Of a stretch of DNA of 64,000 bases, positions 41,216 through 51,106 are shown in pieces. The stretch is from a virus. Taxonomy: Duplodnaviria > Caudoviricetes. How positions within the stretch are numbered: position 1 is the first letter of the stretch; the number at the start of each line of letters is the position of its first letter. Where the stretch lies: IMG/VR virus record IMGVR_UViG_3300032138_000680, positions 1-64,000 of that record; one strand, given 5' to 3'. The notes under the pieces are model-generated. The model ran no database searches, was not told the DNA's origin, and worked only from the letters and a program-made list of their open reading frames with translations. The position numbers and the translations under genes are program-made.

Positions 41216-41917
41216 CTAAATCCTTCTCAAAATAGTAAGTCCAGAAGAAGATAACTTTTCAGATTTCTCCTTGTGGTCAAACAAATTAAATGTTTCCCAT
41301 TCATCACTAACTTCTTTTACAACTTCACTTGGGCCTGTACATGCATCATGTGGTTCACCTTTATATGTATTGAAACTTTCCCAATATTTCTCATCTGTAT
41401 CATGTATTGATATAATTCCATTTTCATTCATTATAGTAGAGTATAAATCAAAATCAAGTTTACAACCTTCATAAGTATGATCTGCATCTATGTGTAAATA
41501 ATCTATTTTAATATCTCGTTTAACAAAAAAATTATAAAATGCTTCTTCGGTAGTAGAATTTATAAATCGTGGATTAAATTGTGTTCTCAAAAAACTATCA
41601 TCATCAGACCAATCTACTTCACCATTTACACTATTGGTTGCATCAACGACATAAACCTCACCATATTTACCTTCACCATACATTTGAGTTTCGTTTAACT
41701 CATAAACACAATCAACCATCAATCTTGGCACATATCCACCACCACTACCAAGACAAACATTAACTCTTGCCTTTAAAAAATATGGAATGGCATAGTAAAA
41801 TATTCCAGCGCCAATATACTCATCGTTTGCACCATGAGTCCATCTATATGATACTGAACCTGAATCTTGATTTCTTGTTATTGAATCGTATATCCAACCA
41901 CGATTTAGTATTGACAT
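41216..41917 (-). CDS. Class I SAM-dependent methyltransferase (Methyltransf_24-like)
   Basis: CLGSGGG, IDYLHIDADHTYEG, GIISIHDT. Confidence 0.85.
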   Translation of the reverse strand: MSILNRGWIYDSITRNQDSGSVSYRWTHGANDEYIGAGIFYYAIPYFLKARVNVCLGSGGGYVPRLMVDCVYELNETQMYGEGKYGEVYVVDATNSVNGEVDWSDDDSFLRTQFNPRFINSTTEEAFYNFFVKRDIKIDYLHIDADHTYEGCKLDFDLYSTIMNENGIISIHDTDEKYWESFNTYKGEPHDACTGPSEVVKEVSDEWETFNLFDHKEKSEKLSSSGLTILRRI

Positions 41918-41940
41918 ATAAAACCTATAATTATCCTTAA

Positions 41941-41950
41941 ATAAATAGTT
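41941..41950 (-). promoter_or_regulatory. TATTTAT promoter-like motif
   Basis: AACTATTTAT about 25 nt upstream of the 41917 start. Confidence 0.5.
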
Positions 41951-41975
41951 AAAAAAACTTTCAAATCATATTTTA

Positions 41976-43469
41976 TTATGATCCTGGATCCGATGATGTT
42001 CCTTTATTATGAACTAATACGCCTCCTGCAAAATAAATATCTAATGGTTCTACATCAAAGTTAATAACTTCAACGTCTTCTTCTACATATTCAATAGATG
42101 ATATCGGTATTAAATTTCCCTCAAAATCTAATAATTTATTTCCAACTGAAAGTTGTTTTGGTGTATACCATCTCCATCTTTCACCATTATAAACCCAAAA
42201 ATCATGTTCTGCTGTAACTTTTATCATTCCATTATTTATATTCCAATAACCAACCATATAATCATAAAAAATATGTTCAACTTTAGCATTTGATACTTCT
42301 AAATTGGACATGATATCAGTTGAAGTAAAAGTTTTCCATTCATTATATCCTAAATCTTCATCAGGTAGGTCTGGTATAACTACTGATAAAACTTCATCAC
42401 CGACATTTATATCTTCAATATCCTTTTCAGTTCCATCTGACATTTGTATCATAGTTCCTGGTAAGAAACAGGCTATTGCTTGACCTGCATAAGTATCTTG
42501 TATCTCAACAGTTTTACTTATAGCAGTATTATATCTTGTTGCGTGGTCATTAAAACCTGCGTCATCACCAGTTGAATCATTATACTTTCCTGATATTGAT
42601 ACACTTGTATCAGTCATATCTGCACCTTCCCATCTTTGGAAAGTTACGGTATCCAATGATGGATATACACTTGTTGTTCCAGCATTAGGAGCTGTAAATT
42701 TTATTTTTAATGTTTGGTTCACATTTGCAGAACCACTTGTAAAAAAATCTTCTCTAAATCCTCTCCAACTACTACCCGCATTAGCCATACCAGTCCATCT
42801 AACGCCTGATGTTTGAGATTTTGAACCACTAATATAAGCGTTTATGTTACTCGTTCCAGGATTTGATGTATATACAGATGCTGAAAGTTGATAAACAGAA
42901 TTTCCCTTAACTGTAAATGATTGTTCAACATATGCACCGTCTGTTTTAAATTTTACAGCATTACCAGATTGACCACTTGTGTTCTTTTCTATCGTACCAC
43001 TTTCTGTCCAATCATCAAGTGCCGTTGTACCAGTCCAATTGGCAAATCCTCCGTCTGTAACTAAAGTACTTTCCATCGAATCTGGTGTAGATGCATCTGC
43101 TATTGCACTTCCAGTCAGAAGTGCAGTAACCCCTTGGTATTTAGTTGCTGGTATGTTAAATAATGATGAATTACTTGTAGTCCAACTGAAATTTGCTACA
43201 TTTGATGCTATACGTGATGTAAATAATGAATTTTCATCAGTAAAAGTTACTTCATAAGTTTCATTAGTTTGTTCATCCACATATGTATATCCAGTTAAAG
43301 TATTATCAACTGCACCTATATAAAAATTACTCAAATTAGTTGCGGCTGTCCCACTATCACGTGCACAGTCATTCAAACTCGTTGCAGATGTATAATCATT
43401 ATTATCTACAGGAGTTGCTCTTCCTAATTTTCCTAATGATAGTGCTGTTCCATTTGGTGGTGTTGCCAA
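41976..43469 (-). CDS. Putative virion protein with CBM-like domain and C-terminal Hint domain
   Basis: Ser/Thr-rich beta region, LVTDGGFANW CBM-like start, Hint CFLPGT...TAEH...VLVHN (42006-42470); TTG start with GGAG SD. Confidence 0.75.
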   Translation of the reverse strand: MATPPNGTALSLGKLGRATPVDNNDYTSATSLNDCARDSGTAATNLSNFYIGAVDNTLTGYTYVDEQTNETYEVTFTDENSLFTSRIASNVANFSWTTSNSSLFNIPATKYQGVTALLTGSAIADASTPDSMESTLVTDGGFANWTGTTALDDWTESGTIEKNTSGQSGNAVKFKTDGAYVEQSFTVKGNSVYQLSASVYTSNPGTSNINAYISGSKSQTSGVRWTGMANAGSSWRGFREDFFTSGSANVNQTLKIKFTAPNAGTTSVYPSLDTVTFQRWEGADMTDTSVSISGKYNDSTGDDAGFNDHATRYNTAISKTVEIQDTYAGQAIACFLPGTMIQMSDGTEKDIEDINVGDEVLSVVIPDLPDEDLGYNEWKTFTSTDIMSNLEVSNAKVEHIFYDYMVGYWNINNGMIKVTAEHDFWVYNGERWRWYTPKQLSVGNKLLDFEGNLIPISSIEYVEEDVEVINFDVEPLDIYFAGGVLVHNKGTSSDPGS

Positions 43470-43539
43470 AAAAGTTCTCCAAAAAAATACGCGTGAAAAA
43501 AACGACTTGTCTTAAATACGCGTCCCGTTGTAATTTACT

Positions 43540-43893
43540 CTATTCTTCTTCCGAATCAACTTCTACTGCAAGTTCAACTGAACCTGGTGCCCACTCGGCA
43601 ATTTTAGAATGTAATTTCTCAAAACCATTATTCGATGCACCACTGGATTTAATCCATTCCGGCAAGTCTATTTCTGATATTGATTCTGCTGCCATATAGT
43701 CATCTATAGCTTTTTCTTTTGCTTGATTTTCTGCATTATCATGGTCACAATATCCAAATAAACCCCCTAAGGCTCCTATAGCATCACCACAAAATGTGAT
43801 ATTCAAACAATCATCACCACAGTGTGGATCTCCTGCAGGTAGGGTTTCTTCTACTATTACTTCTTCTACTACTAATTGATCTTCATCGGCCAT
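43540..43893 (-). CDS. Hypothetical acidic protein
   Basis: 117 aa, AGGAG SD, four Cys in the N-terminal half. Confidence 0.7.
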   Translation of the reverse strand: MADEDQLVVEEVIVEETLPAGDPHCGDDCLNITFCGDAIGALGGLFGYCDHDNAENQAKEKAIDDYMAAESISEIDLPEWIKSSGASNNGFEKLHSKIAEWAPGSVELAVEVDSEEE

Positions 43894-43928
43894 TTTATTT
43901 CTCCTGATTAAAATTATAATCTACCATC

Positions 43929-43936
43929 TATAAATA
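43929..43936 (-). promoter_or_regulatory. TATTTATA promoter-like motif
   Basis: Directly after the upstream stop codon and about 35 nt before the 43893 start. Confidence 0.5.
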
Positions 43937-44962
43937 TCAATTATTATAAATTTCCAGATATCTATTCACCCATTCTTCCTTATTATCATATTGTCTACAA
44001 TAATCCCTCAGTCCATCCAAATAATCTTGTCTTTCTCTCTCTGATAATTCTGATATATTATCTATTTGTTCATCAAATTGTTGTTTATTTAAAGCTCTGA
44101 ATGGATATTCGTAGTTTGACAGCCAATCTTGTTGTAATATAGGTAATTTTCCATAATCTAATGATTGGAATATAGAGTAACCGAATGGTTCATTTAAAAA
44201 ACACGAATGTGATATTCCCCAGTCCTCTCTATTAAAGAATCTATGTAAATTATTATAATTAAATTGATATACTTTTGTTTTTTCGAACTTTAAATTAAGA
44301 TTTTTCTTCCACCACTTAAAGTCATTTACATCCGTAAATGCCATTGAATCTATTCCATCTAAAAAATGTGGTGATTTACGAGTTTCACAACGAGAAGCGA
44401 ATCCCACTCTATTACTCATACACACTTTTTTATTTTGTGTAAACTCGTAATAATTTGGTATATCTATTATATCAAATTTATTATGTAATGGCATTTTATC
44501 CGTACCAATCCAAACTACCTTCTTTGCCCATTGAGTCACTTTCTTTTCCCACTCAGGAACTGCAGAAAAATGTAAATAATTTTTTAATCCTAAATCAAAC
44601 CCAGCCTTTAACGATAAATCTAATGATACATGAATACATAAAGATTCTATTTTATCTTTATTATACTCTATTACTTTATGTGGTGTATAATATCCGTGTA
44701 AGATATGAATCTTTCTTGCATTTTTTATTGTTTCTTCAAATCCACGAGGATCATATCCTTGCCAAACAATATCTATTGGACTATCATATTTAATTTTAAT
44801 ATTTTCAGGTCTACGGCGATGAATCAATAATTTAGATGGATGATTCAGTTTAGGGGCTACTTCTCGTAACCAATTATTAACCCAAACATCACTTCCACCA
44901 TATACCATAGAACCACCACCCGTTGAATAATAAACATCATACATTCCTTTAGTCCCTTTCAT
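43937..44962 (-). CDS. Putative GT-B (GT4-like) glycosyltransferase
   Basis: N-terminal YGGSDVWV, GFASR...RK, NEPFGYSIFQSLDYGKLPI. Confidence 0.65.
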   Translation of the reverse strand: MKGTKGMYDVYYSTGGGSMVYGGSDVWVNNWLREVAPKLNHPSKLLIHRRRPENIKIKYDSPIDIVWQGYDPRGFEETIKNARKIHILHGYYTPHKVIEYNKDKIESLCIHVSLDLSLKAGFDLGLKNYLHFSAVPEWEKKVTQWAKKVVWIGTDKMPLHNKFDIIDIPNYYEFTQNKKVCMSNRVGFASRCETRKSPHFLDGIDSMAFTDVNDFKWWKKNLNLKFEKTKVYQFNYNNLHRFFNREDWGISHSCFLNEPFGYSIFQSLDYGKLPILQQDWLSNYEYPFRALNKQQFDEQIDNISELSERERQDYLDGLRDYCRQYDNKEEWVNRYLEIYNN

Positions 44963-45897
44963 GATAATTCTTTTACTTTATCTATTATATACTCTAATTC
45001 TAAAAATGAAAGGGTTTCGTTCATTGGTAAGCTTACGGTTCTCTTTTGTATTTTTTCAGATTTTGGACAATCAAAATGTATATTTTCATATCCACAATTA
45101 TTATTTGTATAAATTGGATTAGAATGAAGAGCTGAATAATGTATACCACATAATATTCCAACATTTTTCATATTTCTAATAAACTTTTCATTATTTACAA
45201 CCTCTATTCTATATAAATGTTGACTGGTATTATTATACCCAAATTCTTCATTATAAGTATTTACTAATTTTTTAAGTACTCTCATCTTTTTATTAAAGAA
45301 TTTAAAATTATTTAAAAGTATTTTAGCTTGAATAGAATTCATATACATTTTATAACCAGGAAAAGATATATCTCTGCCCCAACTGTCATCAGAATATGTA
45401 GTTCCATTCAAAACAGCTTCCTTAAACCATTTATACTTTTCATAATCATCTGTTACAATCATTCCACCATCAGAACCACCCAATGGTTTAGTTGGATAAA
45501 AACTAAATATCATTAAATCTTGTGGGTTACATTCTTTTTTAAATTGGTTCTTCTTTAATTTCTGTGCAGAATCTATAATTTTATAATCACTAAATTCATG
45601 TAAAACATAAGAATTCCCTACCCAATTAACATCATCTATGAATTCTATATCATTACCACTTGTCAATATTGCATTCGCCACGACAGGTGGTATTATACTT
45701 GGAAGATTAACTGTAACATCCTTATTAAGTAATGACAAATATATGGCGTTCGTAGCACTATTAACAGAACATGCATATTTAGCCCCAACGTATTCGGCAA
45801 TATTTTTCTCAAACTCAATGACAACTTCATCATGTAACAAATGAGAAAATTCAGATGTATCTATTATATGAGTATTTATATTAAATAATTGTATCAT
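44959..45897 (-). CDS. DegT/DnrJ/EryC1/StrS sugar aminotransferase (FdtB/QdtB-like)
   Basis: VNSAT, IDSAQ, SFYPTKPLGGSDGG, GIHY, SLPM. Confidence 0.85.
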   Translation of the reverse strand: MIQLFNINTHIIDTSEFSHLLHDEVVIEFEKNIAEYVGAKYACSVNSATNAIYLSLLNKDVTVNLPSIIPPVVANAILTSGNDIEFIDDVNWVGNSYVLHEFSDYKIIDSAQKLKKNQFKKECNPQDLMIFSFYPTKPLGGSDGGMIVTDDYEKYKWFKEAVLNGTTYSDDSWGRDISFPGYKMYMNSIQAKILLNNFKFFNKKMRVLKKLVNTYNEEFGYNNTSQHLYRIEVVNNEKFIRNMKNVGILCGIHYSALHSNPIYTNNNCGYENIHFDCPKSEKIQKRTVSLPMNETLSFLELEYIIDKVKELS

Positions 45898-46559
45898 TAA
45901 AATCTCAGATCATTATTAAACTCAGACTTGATTTGTTTTCCTTTATCACCTTTAGACCAATACATTACACCTAAAGTTTTTCTATCTAATCCTTCTGTTA
46001 TTGTATTTACACCGTGCCAAGACTCCCAATCTGTTGTTGTCCCAGTTGAAGTTTTAAATGCCCATAAACTATTAAATTTGTATGGTATTCTGGCATGACT
46101 ATCTTTTCCATCGTGTAAAATCAAATCAAAAGATTCATCATATTCTTCTGATAAACCAAGTATCACACTATACTCTCTCTTCCAATCTTTATGTATTCCG
46201 TGATGAGTTGCATCAATATGCATTCCTAAATAGCCACCTTCACCATTTTTGTTAGGTGTAATCATCATCCCACCACCATAGTAAGATAAATCTGGAAATG
46301 CATTATCGGTTAAACCAAACACCTCATTAGGATTAAAATGAGTAACTATATAATCCATAACAATTAATGCTGGTGCTGAAATATTCTCGTGACCTACTTT
46401 ATTACACCACTGAACTTGGTTTGAATCTTCCCCTCCATATTTTACCCAATCATTTATATCATCATAACTTTCAGCGGCTGCCCTTAATAAAGATGTATTA
46501 GGAAAAAAATTATCTATATAAATTGCTGGATATGGAACGTTTATTCTATTTACTTTCAT
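45897..46559 (-). CDS. 2OG-Fe(II) oxygenase
   Basis: GGG...LGMHID...PYKFN...SWHG...RKTL. Confidence 0.75.
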   Translation of the reverse strand: MKVNRINVPYPAIYIDNFFPNTSLLRAAAESYDDINDWVKYGGEDSNQVQWCNKVGHENISAPALIVMDYIVTHFNPNEVFGLTDNAFPDLSYYGGGMMITPNKNGEGGYLGMHIDATHHGIHKDWKREYSVILGLSEEYDESFDLILHDGKDSHARIPYKFNSLWAFKTSTGTTTDWESWHGVNTITEGLDRKTLGVMYWSKGDKGKQIKSEFNNDLRF

Positions 46560-46965
46560 TTTTTAATATCCTAAATTTTTCATAATCTGATATATAATCA
46601 GATGGATCATACAATGTATTTGCAAATACCAATAAAATAGAATCTACTGTTAAATATGTTTGCTCATCCCAAATCAAATTTGGTATATAAAGTCCCTCAT
46701 TTGGTTTATCTAATATCCACTCTTTTTTATCTGTTCCATCATCACATAAAACCTTTACCTGTCCATTTAAACATATTAAAACTTGTTCAGTAGTATGATG
46801 GCCATGTTCTCCTCTGTCCTCTTGATCATGAACTCCATAAATATAAAAAACCCGTTCTATTTTAAATGGCACATCTATTGCAGACTCAACTGAAACTAAC
46901 GATCCCTCCGAATCTATATATGGAGCCAAATCAAATACTTTTACATCATTTATTGTCGTCACCAA
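46546..46965 (-). CDS. fdtA: dTDP-sugar 3,4-ketoisomerase (FdtA/QdtA cupin)
   Basis: GSL, VPFKIERVFYIY, RGEHGH, EQVLICLNG, LLVFAN..YDPSDYI. Confidence 0.85.
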   Translation of the reverse strand: MVTTINDVKVFDLAPYIDSEGSLVSVESAIDVPFKIERVFYIYGVHDQEDRGEHGHHTTEQVLICLNGQVKVLCDDGTDKKEWILDKPNEGLYIPNLIWDEQTYLTVDSILLVFANTLYDPSDYISDYEKFRILKNESK

Positions 46966-46994
46966 ATGGTCCCAATACTTTTAAAGGATTTTTT

Positions 46995-48086
46995 CTAATT
47001 TTCATTTTCTATTCCATCATATTTTAAATCAACCAACATTTGATAATGTTCTTCTTTTGTTTTTATTAATAATCCACACCATTCCATTATTTCATTAAAA
47101 TAATCAACATCCTTATTCATTTTATCAAAATCATATTTTCTATTATTACATTTTAAATCATTTCCTATTTCAGTAAATAATTTGTAATTATGCTGTTCCA
47201 TTTTTTCGAATCTTTCACCCTCAATACTTCTATTTTTCAGTTTTTCTGATTTCTTTTTATCCACAATTAATACCTTAGAATTTGGAAACATTGATATAAA
47301 ATATTTTATCCATATCATATTAAAAGGTTTTTTAAATCCCCATTTTAAATCTAATTTATTATCTCCCCAAAATAAAGGTAACAGATTTAAAAATTGTTTT
47401 TTAAATAATTCTAATTTCTCCGAATCTATTTTTCCATCCTTGCCAGACATTAACCATTTCTGGGCACTATCAGAATCGAGTAAATTATATAAATCCATTA
47501 AATCATCATAAGATTTATCTCCAATAAGTTGTCTTACAAAATAATATTGTAACATTGATATAGATGTAGATTCAAAAGTTTTTCTATCCTCGAATCTACA
47601 AGTATCGTCCCCAATAAAAAGACCACAATATTGTAACATTTTTGCCGTATAGGAAGTTCCACCACCAGGAGATCCACAAATTAATACTGGAGAATCAGTT
47701 ATACTTTTATAAATTGTTTCGCCATTAAATTTAAACTTATCTTCTGAAAATCTATTTTGTAATTCAGAAATATGTGGTGTCTTATAAGTTATTTTTTTTA
47801 TTAATTTATCATTTTTTAATATGTAAATATCCACATCACTAAACTTATCTTCATCTTCTAATTCTGGTCTATCTAAGTTTGCACGGGTCCAACAATTTGA
47901 TGATATAGAATCAGAAAAATGAAAATATCTTCTCAATTTATTAACAAATGATATTCTATAAAGTGCATCTTCTTGATTTAAAATCTGAACTTTAATATAA
48001 AGTCTTTCTGAATCTTCTTCCCAAGAATCTATTATTGTTAGACTCTCATATTCACCTAATTTATATTCTTTTTCTGAAATTATCAT
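46995..48086 (-). CDS. Sulfotransferase-like protein with extra N-terminal domain
   Basis: PVLICGSPGGGTS (5'-PSB), GLFIG, WGFKKP, FPNSK. Confidence 0.6.
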   Translation of the reverse strand: MIISEKEYKLGEYESLTIIDSWEEDSERLYIKVQILNQEDALYRISFVNKLRRYFHFSDSISSNCWTRANLDRPELEDEDKFSDVDIYILKNDKLIKKITYKTPHISELQNRFSEDKFKFNGETIYKSITDSPVLICGSPGGGTSYTAKMLQYCGLFIGDDTCRFEDRKTFESTSISMLQYYFVRQLIGDKSYDDLMDLYNLLDSDSAQKWLMSGKDGKIDSEKLELFKKQFLNLLPLFWGDNKLDLKWGFKKPFNMIWIKYFISMFPNSKVLIVDKKKSEKLKNRSIEGERFEKMEQHNYKLFTEIGNDLKCNNRKYDFDKMNKDVDYFNEIMEWCGLLIKTKEEHYQMLVDLKYDGIENEN

Positions 48087-49291
48087 ACTATTATTTGTCG
48101 TCCTTTCGCACCTTCTGCTGCAACTTCTTCATTTTCGGGAAAATCATAAAGTCCTTCTGTTCGCATATACTCAACATCATCTAAAGTATATTTTCTTTCT
48201 AAAAACATATCCCAGGATCTACTATATTCATTGTACAATTCTACCTTAACTCTATACTCATTTCCACTCTCTATTATGGGAAGTTTTTGATACCACGAAC
48301 CACTTTCTATATTTAAATTTATCTCATTTAATAATATAACTCTATTATTTTTAATATAAGATATCTTAAAATTATTATCTTTATTTCTAAAAACATCATT
48401 TTCATTTAAATAATCTCGACTTCTCTCTGGCCAATAGTTAATAAGAATCACTAATGGATTTAACTTAGCTGTTTTATCTTCAGGCAATAATACTCCTCCT
48501 AATAAATGATAATTTTTAATATCTGGATTTACATATTTAGAAGTTGATAACATCCTTCCGTGATTTTGATTTATAACAGAATTAGGAAACATTTTTTGAT
48601 ATATATGTCTTACATCCTCCCCATTAACCACCTCTAATAAATATTGATCCTTAACGGGAAGTAAACAATTATATATGTGAGATTCTATACCATACTTGCC
48701 CCAATTAGTTTTATGAGAATCTATATAAGTCAAATAAAAATCTACTTCAGAAAAGAAAAAATTTCCATCTATGGCAACTATCTTATCTCCTGTATAAATA
48801 TATGGTGCAAACCAGGCACGTTTATCATTTTTTAAAGTTTTCTCATAAACATCATAAAAACTATGTAAATCTTCTGGGTCAATTATCGTATCACTCTCAG
48901 TATAAAAAACATATTTTTTATTAAGTGCTTTAGCCAAAGAAAACCCATTTAATTGAAGAGTTAAAACTGCAGAATGATGTGAATAATATCTTTCTGAATA
49001 TTTAAATAATGCCTGTATTGGATAATAATTCCAATAAAAATCTTCATTCTTTATTTCAGGAGTAGATTCATTATATTTATCATACACATAATAACTAACC
49101 AAACTTTGAATTGTAGATGATACTGGATAATGAGATACTAAACATATATCAACATCCAATAAACTTAAACTACTTATACAATTAATAAGTAATTTATGTT
49201 CTTCTATACTCTTAGTCCATGTCCCTATTACTATAATACATTCTTCTTTAAATTTAATATTCACGTCCTTAATCCTGTTTTCTTTTCCCAA
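48083..49291 (-). CDS. Hypothetical protein, possible GT-A glycosyltransferase
   Basis: ICLVSHYP...YYVYDKYN...VFYTESDT. Confidence 0.5.
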   Translation of the reverse strand: MGKENRIKDVNIKFKEECIIVIGTWTKSIEEHKLLINCISSLSLLDVDICLVSHYPVSSTIQSLVSYYVYDKYNESTPEIKNEDFYWNYYPIQALFKYSERYYSHHSAVLTLQLNGFSLAKALNKKYVFYTESDTIIDPEDLHSFYDVYEKTLKNDKRAWFAPYIYTGDKIVAIDGNFFFSEVDFYLTYIDSHKTNWGKYGIESHIYNCLLPVKDQYLLEVVNGEDVRHIYQKMFPNSVINQNHGRMLSTSKYVNPDIKNYHLLGGVLLPEDKTAKLNPLVILINYWPERSRDYLNENDVFRNKDNNFKISYIKNNRVILLNEINLNIESGSWYQKLPIIESGNEYRVKVELYNEYSRSWDMFLERKYTLDDVEYMRTEGLYDFPENEEVAAEGAKGRQIIV

Positions 49292-50211
49292 AATTCTATA
49301 AAATTATCAACACTTTTATCATCTTCCTTTTCCATTTCTTTTAAATGATCTGGTACAAGATCAATTGTATTATTTGCCCATTCTATGTCCCTAAATCCAT
49401 AAGCACAACCATACTTTCTATGTGGATGTTTTAATCTATATTCTTCTGGAGTCATATTTTTCCACTCAATATGTTCATCCGCATTATACAAAATAGTTTT
49501 ACATCCACACAAACCAGGTAAATAAGTCATTGCCGTATGTTTATCAAAGGTTATTAAATATTCGTATTCATTCAACTTTTCTCGTAAATATGAAATTCCA
49601 CCTCGTTCTATCCAATCTGATATATCTTCTGAATTAAATGGTTTTAATATAGATTCATAATCTTCTGGAGTATTCTTATGTAATATATGACAAAATCCCT
49701 TTCTCCTACCATTATTTGTTTTATAAAGATTTTCAAAATTATAATGTACAGCCTTTAAATGTTGAGTAGATCTATCTGTTTTCCATGTACTAAAATTAAA
49801 ATATGCATCATTTGGATTATCTCTCCATGTAGAATAATTGTTATCATCGGACAAAAACCATCTTGTAATATACTTTGTATTAAATGGTTGAGCTGGTTGT
49901 ATCTCTGGATATACTGCTATCGTTTCCTTTTTTGGATATTGTAATATCTCAGGTAAATTCCAATCTGCTCCACCATGTTCTGGATTATTAGCATCTACCT
50001 TAAAAGACTCCAATACTGATATATTTTTATGTGGAAACAGTGGTGGTGTAAAAATTACAACTCTTTGGCCTCGTTCTGCTAACTTATATGCAAGTTTATG
50101 TATAACCAAATCTCCCCCACGCCAAGATTCTTTTCCTTTTGAAAGGTCTAATGGTGGTGTAACGTGAACTTCTACCAAAAAAGTAAGTCTATCTTCACTT
50201 TTTAATATCAT
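49261..50211 (-). CDS. WavQ-like putative glycosyltransferase
   Basis: GG...HKLA, AVYPEI, RWFL, NEYEYLITFD...LCGCK. Confidence 0.5.
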   Translation of the reverse strand: MILKSEDRLTFLVEVHVTPPLDLSKGKESWRGGDLVIHKLAYKLAERGQRVVIFTPPLFPHKNISVLESFKVDANNPEHGGADWNLPEILQYPKKETIAVYPEIQPAQPFNTKYITRWFLSDDNNYSTWRDNPNDAYFNFSTWKTDRSTQHLKAVHYNFENLYKTNNGRRKGFCHILHKNTPEDYESILKPFNSEDISDWIERGGISYLREKLNEYEYLITFDKHTAMTYLPGLCGCKTILYNADEHIEWKNMTPEEYRLKHPHRKYGCAYGFRDIEWANNTIDLVPDHLKEMEKEDDKSVDNFIEFWEKKTGLRT

Positions 50212-50224
50212 AAATTATATCTCA

Positions 50225-51106
50225 TCAACTTTTATTTCCCTTTATTGCCAAGGCTGATACTTTACTATATTCTACAACATAACCTTTATTAGATAAAAAA
50301 TTTTTCAAATTTTTCTTTTCTATGTCGGGAATTGGAATAGTAGATGCCCACTCAAATATAATTAATTTTGGTAATTTATATAGCTTATCATCCATAGACA
50401 TTAATAATTTAGCATCAAGTCCTTCAACATCCAAATGTAACCAATCTATTTCACCATTCATTTCATCAACAATAAAATTATTTAAAGAAATTGATGGTGA
50501 AATTCTACTATGTATTTCTTCTATCTCTTGACCTCTAATAATATCTTCAACAACAGAATTAGTATATCCCTGACCACCTTCAAAAAATTCAGTATCTTTA
50601 CCATCAGCAGTGATTAATTTTTCATATAACTTTACATTTGAAAAATTATTATAATTTTTACATAACTCATTAAATTGTTTATTGGAGGCTTCAATTAAAA
50701 AAGTGTTAGATATTTTTTCCCTTACAACTGGCACCCATTCTCCAAATGTACCATTATGAGTTCCTACTACCAACCCTCTCGGTACACGTCCATTTTCAAA
50801 TAAATTTTTACAATATAAATATAATGATTTATAAAGATATGAACCGTCAATAAATACATTCCATTTTCTATGTAATAAAATATGACCCTTATCACTTTTT
50901 ATTATAACATCATTCATTTCACTAATTGAAAATGATCCCCAAGTAAAATCATTTAACTCACAAGTAAATATTTCTTCACCTGTAACCGAAGAAACAATCA
51001 ACATAGTTATTGGGCAATTAATAGTTTCTGAAATTTTTTTAACATCTACTTTAATTTCTTTATTTTGTCCTTTAAAATTTGGCTGGTTATATTCTATATT
51101 AATCAT
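50225..51106 (-). CDS. FkbM-family methyltransferase with N-terminal extra domain
   Basis: VVGTHNG, LIEA, IDWLHLDVEGLD, IIFE. Confidence 0.75.
   Translation of the reverse strand: MINIEYNQPNFKGQNKEIKVDVKKISETINCPITMLIVSSVTGEEIFTCELNDFTWGSFSISEMNDVIIKSDKGHILLHRKWNVFIDGSYLYKSLYLYCKNLFENGRVPRGLVVGTHNGTFGEWVPVVREKISNTFLIEASNKQFNELCKNYNNFSNVKLYEKLITADGKDTEFFEGGQGYTNSVVEDIIRGQEIEEIHSRISPSISLNNFIVDEMNGEIDWLHLDVEGLDAKLLMSMDDKLYKLPKLIIFEWASTIPIPDIEKKNLKNFLSNKGYVVEYSKVSALAIKGNKS

Noticed and set aside
42006-42470. Mobile intein or polymorphic toxin
   Set aside because: No homing endonuclease, no +1 nucleophile, and only 9 residues follow, so there is no toxin domain.
22081-43936. T4-type late promoters TATAAATA on the plus strand
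   Set aside because: No plus-strand genes follow; the motif is better explained as TATTTAT on the coding strand.
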